Both the position numbers and the translations under genes were made by a program. A stretch of 32,000 nt of DNA from Candidatus Arthromitus sp. SFB-rat-Yit (GTDB taxonomy: Bacteria > Bacillota > Clostridia > Clostridiales > Clostridiaceae), in assembly GCF_000283555.1 (NCBI RefSeq), contig NC_016012.1, positions 120,001 to 152,000 of the forward strand. Direction: 5' to 3'. This document shows, piece after piece, positions 9,756-16,766 of the stretch. Under the pieces are notes generated by a model, which saw only the letters and a program-made list of their open reading frames with translations, made no database searches and was not told where the DNA came from. Numbering within the stretch: position 1 is the stretch's first letter; every line of letters starts with the position of its first letter.

Positions 9756-10118
9756 ATGAAAGCATTATTTTTAGATTATTCTAAGTGAACAAGTGTAAGA
9801 AAGGCCAAGGATTGGCTTGTTAAAAATAATATAGAAGTTGATTTTAGATCTCTTATTTCAAATACTCCAACTAAAGATGAAATTTTAGGTTGGGTATCGA
9901 AGTATAACGTTGATATAAATAAGTTTTTTAATGTCAATGGTAAGATATTTAAGGAAAACAAACTTAAAGATAAGATAAATGATTTGTCACTGGAAGAGCG
10001 TGCAAATATGTTATCAGAAGAGGGAATGCTTATTAAAAGACCTATATATATTGGTGAAGACTTTATATTATTCGGTTTCAAAGAGCAGGAATGGGAGAGT
10101 AATATATTAAAAAAATAA
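9756..10118 (+). CDS. ArsC/Spx-family thiol-reductase-like protein with in-frame TGA (9786-9788) at the catalytic Cys position; candidate selenoprotein or pseudogene
   Basis: GAGGTG lies 6 nt upstream of ATG 9756. Translation is MKALFLDYSK-TGA-TSVRKAKDWLVKNNIEV...LIKRPIYIGEDFILFGF. It aligns with Spx SCTSCRKARAWL and ArsC ACGTSRN so that the TGA falls on the first (catalytic) Cys. There is no in-frame start codon near the TGA on its downstream side. Confidence 0.6.
9802..9818 (+). promoter_or_regulatory. Hairpin downstream of the in-frame TGA (candidate bacterial SECIS element)
   Basis: AGGCCAA-GGA-TTGGCTT forms a 7-bp stem including one G-U pair. The G-rich apical loop starts about 20 nt after the TGA. 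Confidence 0.3.
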
Positions 10119-10152
10119 AGCTATGATTTCATAGCTTTATTTTTGTTTTTTG
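10118..10152. terminator. Bidirectional terminator between the ArsC-like gene and the convergent 10137..10766 gene
   Basis: Perfect inverted repeat AAAGCTATGA / TCATAGCTTT (10118-10139) followed by ATTTTTGTTTTTT. An A-run upstream serves the minus strand. Confidence 0.7.
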
Positions 10153-10766
10153 GGAGTAATATCTGAGAATTCAGATATTTTGAAACATTCTCCTGTATTT
10201 TCTATTGATAAGGTTTGCTTTAGGAGTTGAGTATATCCATCCGTATGTAATGATTTATATGTAATTTCATAGTTATAAAGAGTTTTAGATATTTTTTTTG
10301 GTTTAGATATTGTAAAAGATTGTATTATATTTTGATTTTGTTCAATGAACCATGATGGATTATCTTTGAATAAATTCTTAAGCTGATTTTTTAAATTATC
10401 ATTTGAAATTATAAATAATAAAGTTCCATTCTTCTCTTTTATTCCGTTTGCCCAGAGTGTTGCCACTTCATCTTTATTTAATATTTTTACAAAATTTGAA
10501 GATTGTTCCCAAAGGGTATTTCTAAAACTTAAATTCTCAATTATTTTTAGATATATTTTTTTAATGTTTTCAAGTGTTATAAGTGGATCATCAGAGGATT
10601 CAGATTCCTCAACATTTTGTGGTTGATCCATAACTTGAGGAGGTTCTTCAATTATTGAAACCTCACAAGAATTTTTAATTTTCTTTTTGTTAGTTAAAGA
10701 GTATACTGGATTTACATTACACAAAGTATACATAACGATCATAGCAGATAAAATGAGCTTCTTCAT
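10137..10766 (-). CDS. Hypothetical secreted protein (possible lipoprotein)
   Basis: N-terminal signal peptide MKKLILSAMIVMYTLCNVNPVYS, followed by an acidic linker and a globular domain with no recognised family. Confidence 0.6.
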   Translation of the reverse strand: MKKLILSAMIVMYTLCNVNPVYSLTNKKKIKNSCEVSIIEEPPQVMDQPQNVEESESSDDPLITLENIKKIYLKIIENLSFRNTLWEQSSNFVKILNKDEVATLWANGIKEKNGTLLFIISNDNLKNQLKNLFKDNPSWFIEQNQNIIQSFTISKPKKISKTLYNYEITYKSLHTDGYTQLLKQTLSIENTGECFKISEFSDITPKKQK

Positions 10767-10844
10767 TAATATGTACTCCTTTATAATTATGTTTTAATTT
10801 AGTTTTTCTATAAAATCAATAATTATTCTTTAAAAGATTTTTTT

Positions 10845-10881
10845 AAAAATAAAAACAACACACCATAAGTATGTTGTTTTT
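10845..10881 (-). terminator. Terminator of the DUF1540 gene
   Basis: Stem AAAAACAACA / TGTTGTTTTT (10851-10860 / 10872-10881) with a T-run on the minus strand downstream. Confidence 0.5.
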
Positions 10882-11239
10882 ATTTACAAAAAGTATTACA
10901 ATAAGTAAAGTTTGAGTTTGCGGCATCACTGCCTATAATATTTATACTTTGGGAGGAGCACATACCTGATTCGTTGAATTTGCAAGCTTTCGCATCGCAC
11001 TCAATTTCTGGATACATAACTATACCAGAGTTTGTAAAAAATTGTTTAATTTCTCCGTTTATATTTAAATTAGATAAGGAGTTTATAGTGTTTTCTAAAT
11101 TTTTTTCTTGAAATGTTGAGCAATGAGTATCTGGAGTTATGGATGCGTTTAATCCACTTATATGAATTTTATTTGCAGTACACATATTATTGGTATAATG
11201 GACGCAATTGTTTGCAGAGCAACTCAGGGAACCATTCAT
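10880..11239 (-). CDS. DUF1540 domain-containing Cys-rich protein (two repeats)
   Basis: Two copies of the pattern C-x3-C-x6-8-C-x-A/S-x2-I-x-I/V-x-G...C-x-T-F: LSCSANNCVHYTNNMCTANKIHISG...THCSTF and IECDAKACKFNESGMCSSQSINIIG...TYCNTF. Confidence 0.7.
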   Translation of the reverse strand: MNGSLSCSANNCVHYTNNMCTANKIHISGLNASITPDTHCSTFQEKNLENTINSLSNLNINGEIKQFFTNSGIVMYPEIECDAKACKFNESGMCSSQSINIIGSDAANSNFTYCNTFCK

Positions 11240-11387
11240 TATATATCACCTCTAATAAAAATATATTTTTTAGTATTATTAACTTATTTTCAAATAATAT
11301 TCTAATTATTATTAACAAAATTAATAATAATCAAACAATTCAATATGTTTAAATAAATAATTATGAATTATAAGGTAGGAGAATTTA

Positions 11388-12236
11388 ATGAGGATCAAGA
11401 CTATATTTTATGAATTATGTATAATATGTTTTGCTTGTTTTTTGATATCTGTAGGGTTAAATTTATTTTTAGCTGATGCTAAACTTGTAAGTGGAGGACT
11501 TACTGGTATAGCTATGCTTATAGAATATATGACAGGTTTAAATTCAGGTATATTATATTTAATTTTAAATCTTCCTTTATTTATTTTGAGTTATTTTAAA
11601 GTTTCATTAAAATTTACTATATATTCCGTGATTGGTACTACTTTATTGTCTACATTTTTATATTTGACAAGTCCGCTCAAATCTGTACTTAATATAAATG
11701 ATGTATTTTTAAGTGGGGTAATTGGAGGAGTTATAACAGCTATTGGGTATTCTCTTATGTTTAGGGTTAGAGCTACAACTGGTGGAATAGACATATTAGC
11801 TGTTATAATAAGGAAGAAAAACCCTGCCAAAAATATTGGAGATATTACATTTACAGTTAATTTAATTATAGTTATAGTTTCTATATTTTTATTGAAAAAT
11901 ATAGCAAATTCACTATACTCCCTAATATCTATGTTTGTTACTTCTACAGTTGTAAATAAGATGATATTTGGATTTAATAAGAAGTATTTAGTACTTATAA
12001 TAACTAAATCTCCTGATCAAATAACTGAGTATATTTTAAATTTTATAAAAAGGGGGGTAACTTCTATAGAAGCTGAGGGATGCTATACAAAAGATAAGCA
12101 GAATATACTTTATACTGTTCTAGATATTAACCAGTATGTAAGTTTGAGAAGAAGGATACACAATTTTGATCCTAATGCATTTTTGTCTGCCATTGAAACA
12201 AAGAGTGTTACGGGTAATGGATTTAATGAGATATAA
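11388..12236 (+). CDS. YitT family membrane protein (DUF161 repeats + C-terminal DUF2179)
   Basis: Five or six TM helices carrying GGLTGIAMLI and TTGGIDILAVII motifs, then a soluble C-terminal domain (ITEYILNFIKRGVTSIEAEGCYT...). Confidence 0.8.
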   Translation: MRIKTIFYELCIICFACFLISVGLNLFLADAKLVSGGLTGIAMLIEYMTGLNSGILYLILNLPLFILSYFKVSLKFTIYSVIGTTLLSTFLYLTSPLKSVLNINDVFLSGVIGGVITAIGYSLMFRVRATTGGIDILAVIIRKKNPAKNIGDITFTVNLIIVIVSIFLLKNIANSLYSLISMFVTSTVVNKMIFGFNKKYLVLIITKSPDQITEYILNFIKRGVTSIEAEGCYTKDKQNILYTVLDINQYVSLRRRIHNFDPNAFLSAIETKSVTGNGFNEI

Positions 12237-12374
12237 AACGAAGTTTGTAACGATTTAAAATTATTCTCATATATTAGAATTAAAAAATATTTTATAAGTT
12301 ATGAATATTTTTAAAAAGTATGAGGATGCAAATATAAAATAGTTAAAATATTAGGGCAATGATCAAATATATAG

Positions 12375-12410
12375 AAGATGCTTCCAAATACGGGAGCATC
12401 TTATTTTTTT
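12375..12410 (+). terminator. Rho-independent terminator about 140 nt downstream of the yitT-like stop
   Basis: AAGATGCTTCC-AAATAC-GGGAGCATCTT (11-bp stem, one G-U pair) followed by ATTTTTTT. Confidence 0.65.
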
Positions 12411-12461
12411 ATCATGGTTTAGATTTACACATAAATTATTAATTTAAAAGGAGATTTTAAA

Positions 12462-13262
12462 TTGGAAAATAGAGCTGCAACAAATACGAATTTTATATTG
12501 AATTTTATATTGTTTACACAATCTTATAATTTGCCAAATGAGCTTATACTTGATAATACAGGCTTTTATTATGCTTATGATCCATCTAAAACCTTAGTTG
12601 ATAATAGTCTTATCAATTTATCGATTGGTAACGAAGGGGTTTTTATGATACTCAAAGCTTTAAATACAAATAAAACACTTACTATTAATTTATCAAATAC
12701 TTCAACTCAGATAACTAATTATAATTTAAATTATAAATGTTTGGATACTCCATATGGATTTAAATTGTCAGATGTTATAAATAATTTAGGAATGGATTTT
12801 AATGATATTAGTATGAATTTCAAAGATGGGACTGGAGTAGGAGATGCAAATCTATCATTAACTCAAACAGGATTTTTTGTATTAAATGATGGTAATAGAA
12901 CAGTTACATTTAATTTTATTATAGAAAATAATGGAAGCGAGGTTGCAAGAAAAGTATTATTTAAAGACATTTTGCCTGATGGAGTTAGTCTGAAACTTTC
13001 AGGTGTTTATATAAATTCAGTTTATGCGAGTAGTAGTGATGTGAAGCTTAATTCTAAGAGTTTGTTTGTTAAACTTCCTGATATAGAGATTGGAGAAACG
13101 CTTACACTTACAATTGTTTGTGCACTAAATGGTGAACCGTGTAATGAGTTTAACGTTGGAGTTATAAGTTATGTTTCAAAAGTAATTCAAGATGCAACTA
13201 CTGCACAAACAGCTGATATAACAATTAAACAAATTACTAGTAATTCCAAGGAAATACAATAG
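12462..13262 (+). CDS. Paralogue 1 (266 aa) of an uncharacterised four-member family; DUF11-like Ig-type C-terminal domain
   Basis: TTG start 7 nt after AAGGAG. Shares with the next three genes the blocks ELILDNTGFYY, DTPYGFKLSDVINNLG, VTFNFIIENNG, KVLFKDILPDGV, LFVKLP...GETLTLTIVC and FNVGVISYVS. No signal peptide or TM helix. Confidence 0.85.
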   Translation: MENRAATNTNFILNFILFTQSYNLPNELILDNTGFYYAYDPSKTLVDNSLINLSIGNEGVFMILKALNTNKTLTINLSNTSTQITNYNLNYKCLDTPYGFKLSDVINNLGMDFNDISMNFKDGTGVGDANLSLTQTGFFVLNDGNRTVTFNFIIENNGSEVARKVLFKDILPDGVSLKLSGVYINSVYASSSDVKLNSKSLFVKLPDIEIGETLTLTIVCALNGEPCNEFNVGVISYVSKVIQDATTAQTADITIKQITSNSKEIQ

Positions 13263-13391
13263 TTAATAAAGTCATTTATAATTTAGTAACATTTAATAAT
13301 GGATAAACATATATTTAAAATAAAAACTTAATAATTTTATTTTAGTATGTGGGTACGAAAAATAATTAATTTAATTAAAATAATAAATCTT

Positions 13392-13420
13392 AAAGTGCCT
13401 TTGAATTAGGGCACTTTTTT
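13392..13420 (+). terminator. Rho-independent terminator or attenuator between paralogue 1 and the downstream copies
   Basis: AAAGTGCC(T)-loop-(G)GGCACTTT with core stem AGTGCC/GGCACT, followed by T6. Confidence 0.7.
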
Positions 13421-13444
13421 AAAAATTAAAATGGGAGCGATATT

Positions 13445-13609
13445 ATGGATAATAATGTTTTTAAAAGAGTTAATAGAGAGGTATTTGATAATGAGGTTCC
13501 ATTTTCAATATATGAAATTGAAAAAATTATTTTAGGAGATAATTTAAGTTCAAATTTTAGAGGAGGAAATGGAAGTTATTATAAAATAGAGGAAATTTTA
13601 GATAAGTAG
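13445..13609 (+). CDS. Small ORF (54 aa), hypothetical
   Basis: Not in the ORF track because it is below the size cut-off. GGGAG lies 7 nt upstream of ATG 13445. Translation is MDNNVFKRVNREVFDNEVPFSIYEIEKIILGDNLSSNFRGGNGSYYKIEEILDK, ending with stop TAG 13607-13609, 45 nt before paralogue 2. Confidence 0.4.
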   Translation: MDNNVFKRVNREVFDNEVPFSIYEIEKIILGDNLSSNFRGGNGSYYKIEEILDK

Positions 13610-13654
13610 AATGATTAAATTAAATTTATAAATTTATGTTATGAGGTTATTAAA

Positions 13655-14557
13655 ATGGAGCAAGATAAGTTAAAAGATATAGATATAAATGAATTTAAGA
13701 ATAATGGTGATTTTAGAGTAAATGCTAATATCACTGATGTAAAACTTGATATTAAGTTGGTTCATCCTTCAAATAATTTTTTTGGAATAAGTAACCAGCT
13801 TATTTTAGATAATTTAGGTAATGTGTATATATTAAAACCTCAAGGTACAAATACTTTGGATAACGGAGCATTTTCTCCTCCGCTTAATATAGAAGGACTT
13901 TTAGTAGATATTAACACGGTTAATGATGATAAAATGTTAGAACTTGATTTAGAAGCATCATCAAGTGATATTTCTGATTTAAATAAATGCATGGATACTC
14001 CATATGGATTTAAGTTATCTCAAGTTATGAATAATATAGGAGATATGAGTACACTTAATATTACAAATGGAACAAATGGAGATGCACAATTAACAGATAC
14101 TATAATTAAAACAGGTGCACGTTTAATTATTAATCAGAGAGCTTTTTCAATAATAAGAGGAAATACAAAATATTTTTTATTTAATTTTAATATTAAAAAT
14201 GTTGGGGAATTCATTGCTCAAAAGGTACTGTTTAAAGATATTATCCCAAATGGTTTAACTTTATGTAATAGAGGGATGTATATTAAAAACAATAATTCTC
14301 AGATGGTTAGAATATCTAGGGATAATTATACAATAAATGGAAGAGAATTATTGTTAACACTTCAAAATATCGATGAAAATGATGTTGTTTCTCTGGTTTT
14401 GGTCTGTTTTGAAAATTCATGTAATGACTCCAAGAATTTTAATGTCGGATGCATAAGTTATGTTTCTTATTATGGAGTTAATGATGAAACAAATACAACT
14501 AGTTCTAGAACTTTAGTTATAAATGATATTAGCAATACTAAAAAAATTTTCGGGTAA
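13655..14557 (+). CDS. Paralogue 2 (300 aa) of the uncharacterised family
   Basis: Conserved blocks QLILDNLGNVY, DTPYGFKLSQVMNNIG, FLFNFNIKNVG, KVLFKDIIPNGL, LLLTL...VVSLVLVC and FNVGCISYVS. No signal peptide. Confidence 0.85.
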   Translation: MEQDKLKDIDINEFKNNGDFRVNANITDVKLDIKLVHPSNNFFGISNQLILDNLGNVYILKPQGTNTLDNGAFSPPLNIEGLLVDINTVNDDKMLELDLEASSSDISDLNKCMDTPYGFKLSQVMNNIGDMSTLNITNGTNGDAQLTDTIIKTGARLIINQRAFSIIRGNTKYFLFNFNIKNVGEFIAQKVLFKDIIPNGLTLCNRGMYIKNNNSQMVRISRDNYTINGRELLLTLQNIDENDVVSLVLVCFENSCNDSKNFNVGCISYVSYYGVNDETNTTSSRTLVINDISNTKKIFG

Positions 14558-14572
14558 AGGAGTAATTCAAAT

Positions 14573-15487
14573 ATGAATGATTTCGTAGAAACTGAATCAG
14601 AGATTACTCCGCATTATTTACAAGGTAATGAAAATTTAAATAATAATACTAATCAAGATAATAAAAAATATGTAATTTATTTGGTTAACAAAGCTCCTGG
14701 TGAAAACTCAGAGATAATTAATGACCTTATTTTAGATAACTGGGGAGATTATTACTATGATTATAGATCTACAGAATTAAACTCAGTAGTTGAACCGCTT
14801 AGGTTTAATTCTAATGGATTTTCATTTATATTATCTTCTTTGAATGATGATAGATATGTAAAAATTAATTTATATAAAACTCATCAAGATAGAAATGAGA
14901 ATTTAATTCCTCCAAGAGATTTAAATAAAAGATATTTATATATTGATATTTCAAATGGATTTAAGCTATCTCAAATTATGAATAATCTCTTAGATATTGA
15001 CCAAATATCTTTAGATGGTAAATTAAATGGAGAAAATTTTGATAATATATCTGAACCAGAACTTACAATAACTCAAAAAATAAATTTAGAACGTTATGAT
15101 TCATTTAATCGTGTAACTTTCATATTTAATATATCAAGTTTGAGTGTTCCAGCTAAAATAGTTTTACCGGCAAGAAGGGTTTTATTTAAGGATATACTTC
15201 CACAGGGTGTTTTATTTAAAGGTGTTCTTTTAAATGGTAAGCATTATGATGATGAATGTATTAATTTAAATGGTCGGAGATTATTCATAAAATTACCCGT
15301 TATAAAAGATGGAGAAAGTATTGAAATTAGCATTGTGTGTTTAATAGATAAAGTAAGAGATACCGGTTTAAATGTAGGTGCATTAACCTACGTTTCTAAT
15401 AATTTATTAAATAAGCAAGATAATACATTAACAACAAATGTTTATACTCTTTTAAGTAATGCATTAAATTTAGAAGATATGATTTAA
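14573..15487 (+). CDS. Paralogue 3 (304 aa) of the uncharacterised family (most divergent core)
   Basis: AAGGAG upstream, with the start 15 nt after the paralogue 2 stop. Blocks are DLILDNWGDYYY, DISNGFKLSQIMNNL, VTFIFNIS, RVLFKDILPQGV, LFIKLP...GESIEISIVC and LNVGALTYVS. Confidence 0.85.
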   Translation: MNDFVETESEITPHYLQGNENLNNNTNQDNKKYVIYLVNKAPGENSEIINDLILDNWGDYYYDYRSTELNSVVEPLRFNSNGFSFILSSLNDDRYVKINLYKTHQDRNENLIPPRDLNKRYLYIDISNGFKLSQIMNNLLDIDQISLDGKLNGENFDNISEPELTITQKINLERYDSFNRVTFIFNISSLSVPAKIVLPARRVLFKDILPQGVLFKGVLLNGKHYDDECINLNGRRLFIKLPVIKDGESIEISIVCLIDKVRDTGLNVGALTYVSNNLLNKQDNTLTTNVYTLLSNALNLEDMI

Positions 15488-15561
15488 ATTAAGTAACTTT
15501 TTTATTTTATTCTCATATAGTCTAAGTAAGATGGTTTATTATTTTTCTAAGGACGGAGTTT

Positions 15562-16581
15562 ATGGATACGAATAAAATTAATGATATTAATAATGTTATG
15601 AAAATTTGTGATGAATCTTTTGAAATTGAAGGAGATTCGTTTACTTTTTTAAACATTCAAAACATTATGGAAGAAAGTCAAAATTTAAATCATGTTAATT
15701 CAGATGAATGTAGTATATGTTTTGATGTAAATTGTGATTTTAAAGAGGATAAAATTGATGTAAATTGCGATGATTCCAGTTTATTTGAAGATAAAAAATG
15801 TCTTGATATACAAAAATATTTTTTGGAAATAAACTTGAAAAAATCAGGAGAGAATCCTTACAGTATTGCAAACAACTTAATATTAGATAGTTGTGGGAAT
15901 TATAGTTGTGATATTAATCAATTTTTATTAGATGGTATGAAATTTTTTCCAAATATATATAAGAAGGGAATACTTGAAAATATATATTCGATAAATAGTG
16001 ATAGACATTTAGAATTTAGTTTGTGTGATATTTCAAATAATCATGTTGATTTTAAAGATGAGGAGAGGGCGGATACATCTTATGGATTTAAGTTATCTCA
16101 AATCATATCAAATTTAGGAGATTTATCACAAATCGATAAAAATTTAAATATTAACGAACTTGGAGAGATAAAATTCACTCAAAATGCTGTTATATTTAGT
16201 AAATGTAACCGAAAGCATATAATTTTTAGCTTTAAACTTAAAAACGTTGGGAATACTACTTCAAGTAAAATATTATTTAAAGATGTATTTCCAAGAAGTG
16301 TTAATATTTATGAAAATGCCATTTTCGTAAATGGGAAATATATAAATAAAGAAAGTATTAGTATATGCGGAAGAAGAGTTGTTATAAAATTTGATGATCT
16401 TTGTGCAGGTGAGGAAATTGACATTATAATGGTTGGTTCATTTAGAGAAGATTGTGATTCTATAAATTGTGGTGTAATTAGTTACGTTGATGGATTTAAG
16501 GAAAGTAATGGTATTAAGGTAATGAGTATTGTTCAAATTTTAAGTAACATTAAAACCTTGAAATTAAAAGGATGTAATTAA
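15562..16581 (+). CDS. Paralogue 4 (339 aa) of the uncharacterised family, with an acidic Cys-rich N-terminal extension of about 84 aa
   Basis: Blocks NLILDSCGNY, DTSYGFKLSQIISNLG, IIFSFKLKNVG, KILFKDVFPRSV, VVIKF...GEEIDIIMV and INCGVISYV. The extension contains six Cys and a duplicated DVNCD motif. Confidence 0.85.
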   Translation: MDTNKINDINNVMKICDESFEIEGDSFTFLNIQNIMEESQNLNHVNSDECSICFDVNCDFKEDKIDVNCDDSSLFEDKKCLDIQKYFLEINLKKSGENPYSIANNLILDSCGNYSCDINQFLLDGMKFFPNIYKKGILENIYSINSDRHLEFSLCDISNNHVDFKDEERADTSYGFKLSQIISNLGDLSQIDKNLNINELGEIKFTQNAVIFSKCNRKHIIFSFKLKNVGNTTSSKILFKDVFPRSVNIYENAIFVNGKYINKESISICGRRVVIKFDDLCAGEEIDIIMVGSFREDCDSINCGVISYVDGFKESNGIKVMSIVQILSNIKTLKLKGCN

Positions 16582-16596
16582 TTACATCCTTTTTTG
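16566..16596 (+). terminator. Rho-independent terminator ending the paralogue cluster
   Basis: Perfect palindrome AAAAGGATGTAATT/AATTACATCCTTTT (16566-16593) containing the paralogue 4 stop codon, followed by a T-run. Confidence 0.75.
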
Positions 16597-16766
16597 TATT
16601 TACATAAAAATATTTTAAACAGGGGAAAATAAATGTAACTAAGTAAATATAACTACTTATTAATATAGTGTGAATAAACTTATTATCAGAATAATTAACC
16701 AATTATTTGAAAATAATAAGTGAGTGTATAAATAGTATCAACTACATTTGTTAGGAGGATATATAC

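Noticed and set aside
9786-9788. TGA read as Trp (genetic code 4) to explain the interrupted ArsC-like gene.
   Set aside because: TGA functions as a normal stop for the adaptor gene (18084-18086) and the AlkP-like gene (29530-29532). In addition, the aligned residue in homologues is Cys, not Trp.
9776-10081. Minus-strand 101-aa ORF offered by the track in the ArsC-like region.
   Set aside because: The plus strand encodes a clear ArsC/Spx-family protein with a strong SD, interrupted only by one TGA. The minus-strand ORF is its antisense shadow.
12430-12438. Sigma-K-like -10 element CATAAATTA upstream of paralogue 1, and CATATAGT upstream of paralogue 4 near 15510, as evidence for mother-cell-specific expression.
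   Set aside because: No matching -35 (AC) lies at the right spacing, and such short AT-rich strings are expected by chance in this genome. This cannot be supported from sequence alone.
12462-16581. Signal peptides, lipoboxes, LPXTG motifs or double-glycine leaders in the four paralogues.
   Set aside because: Their N-termini are polar or acidic, and the only hydrophobic run (FILNFILF in paralogue 1) is too short and aligns with a conserved beta-strand-like block in the other copies. No C-terminal sorting motif is present.
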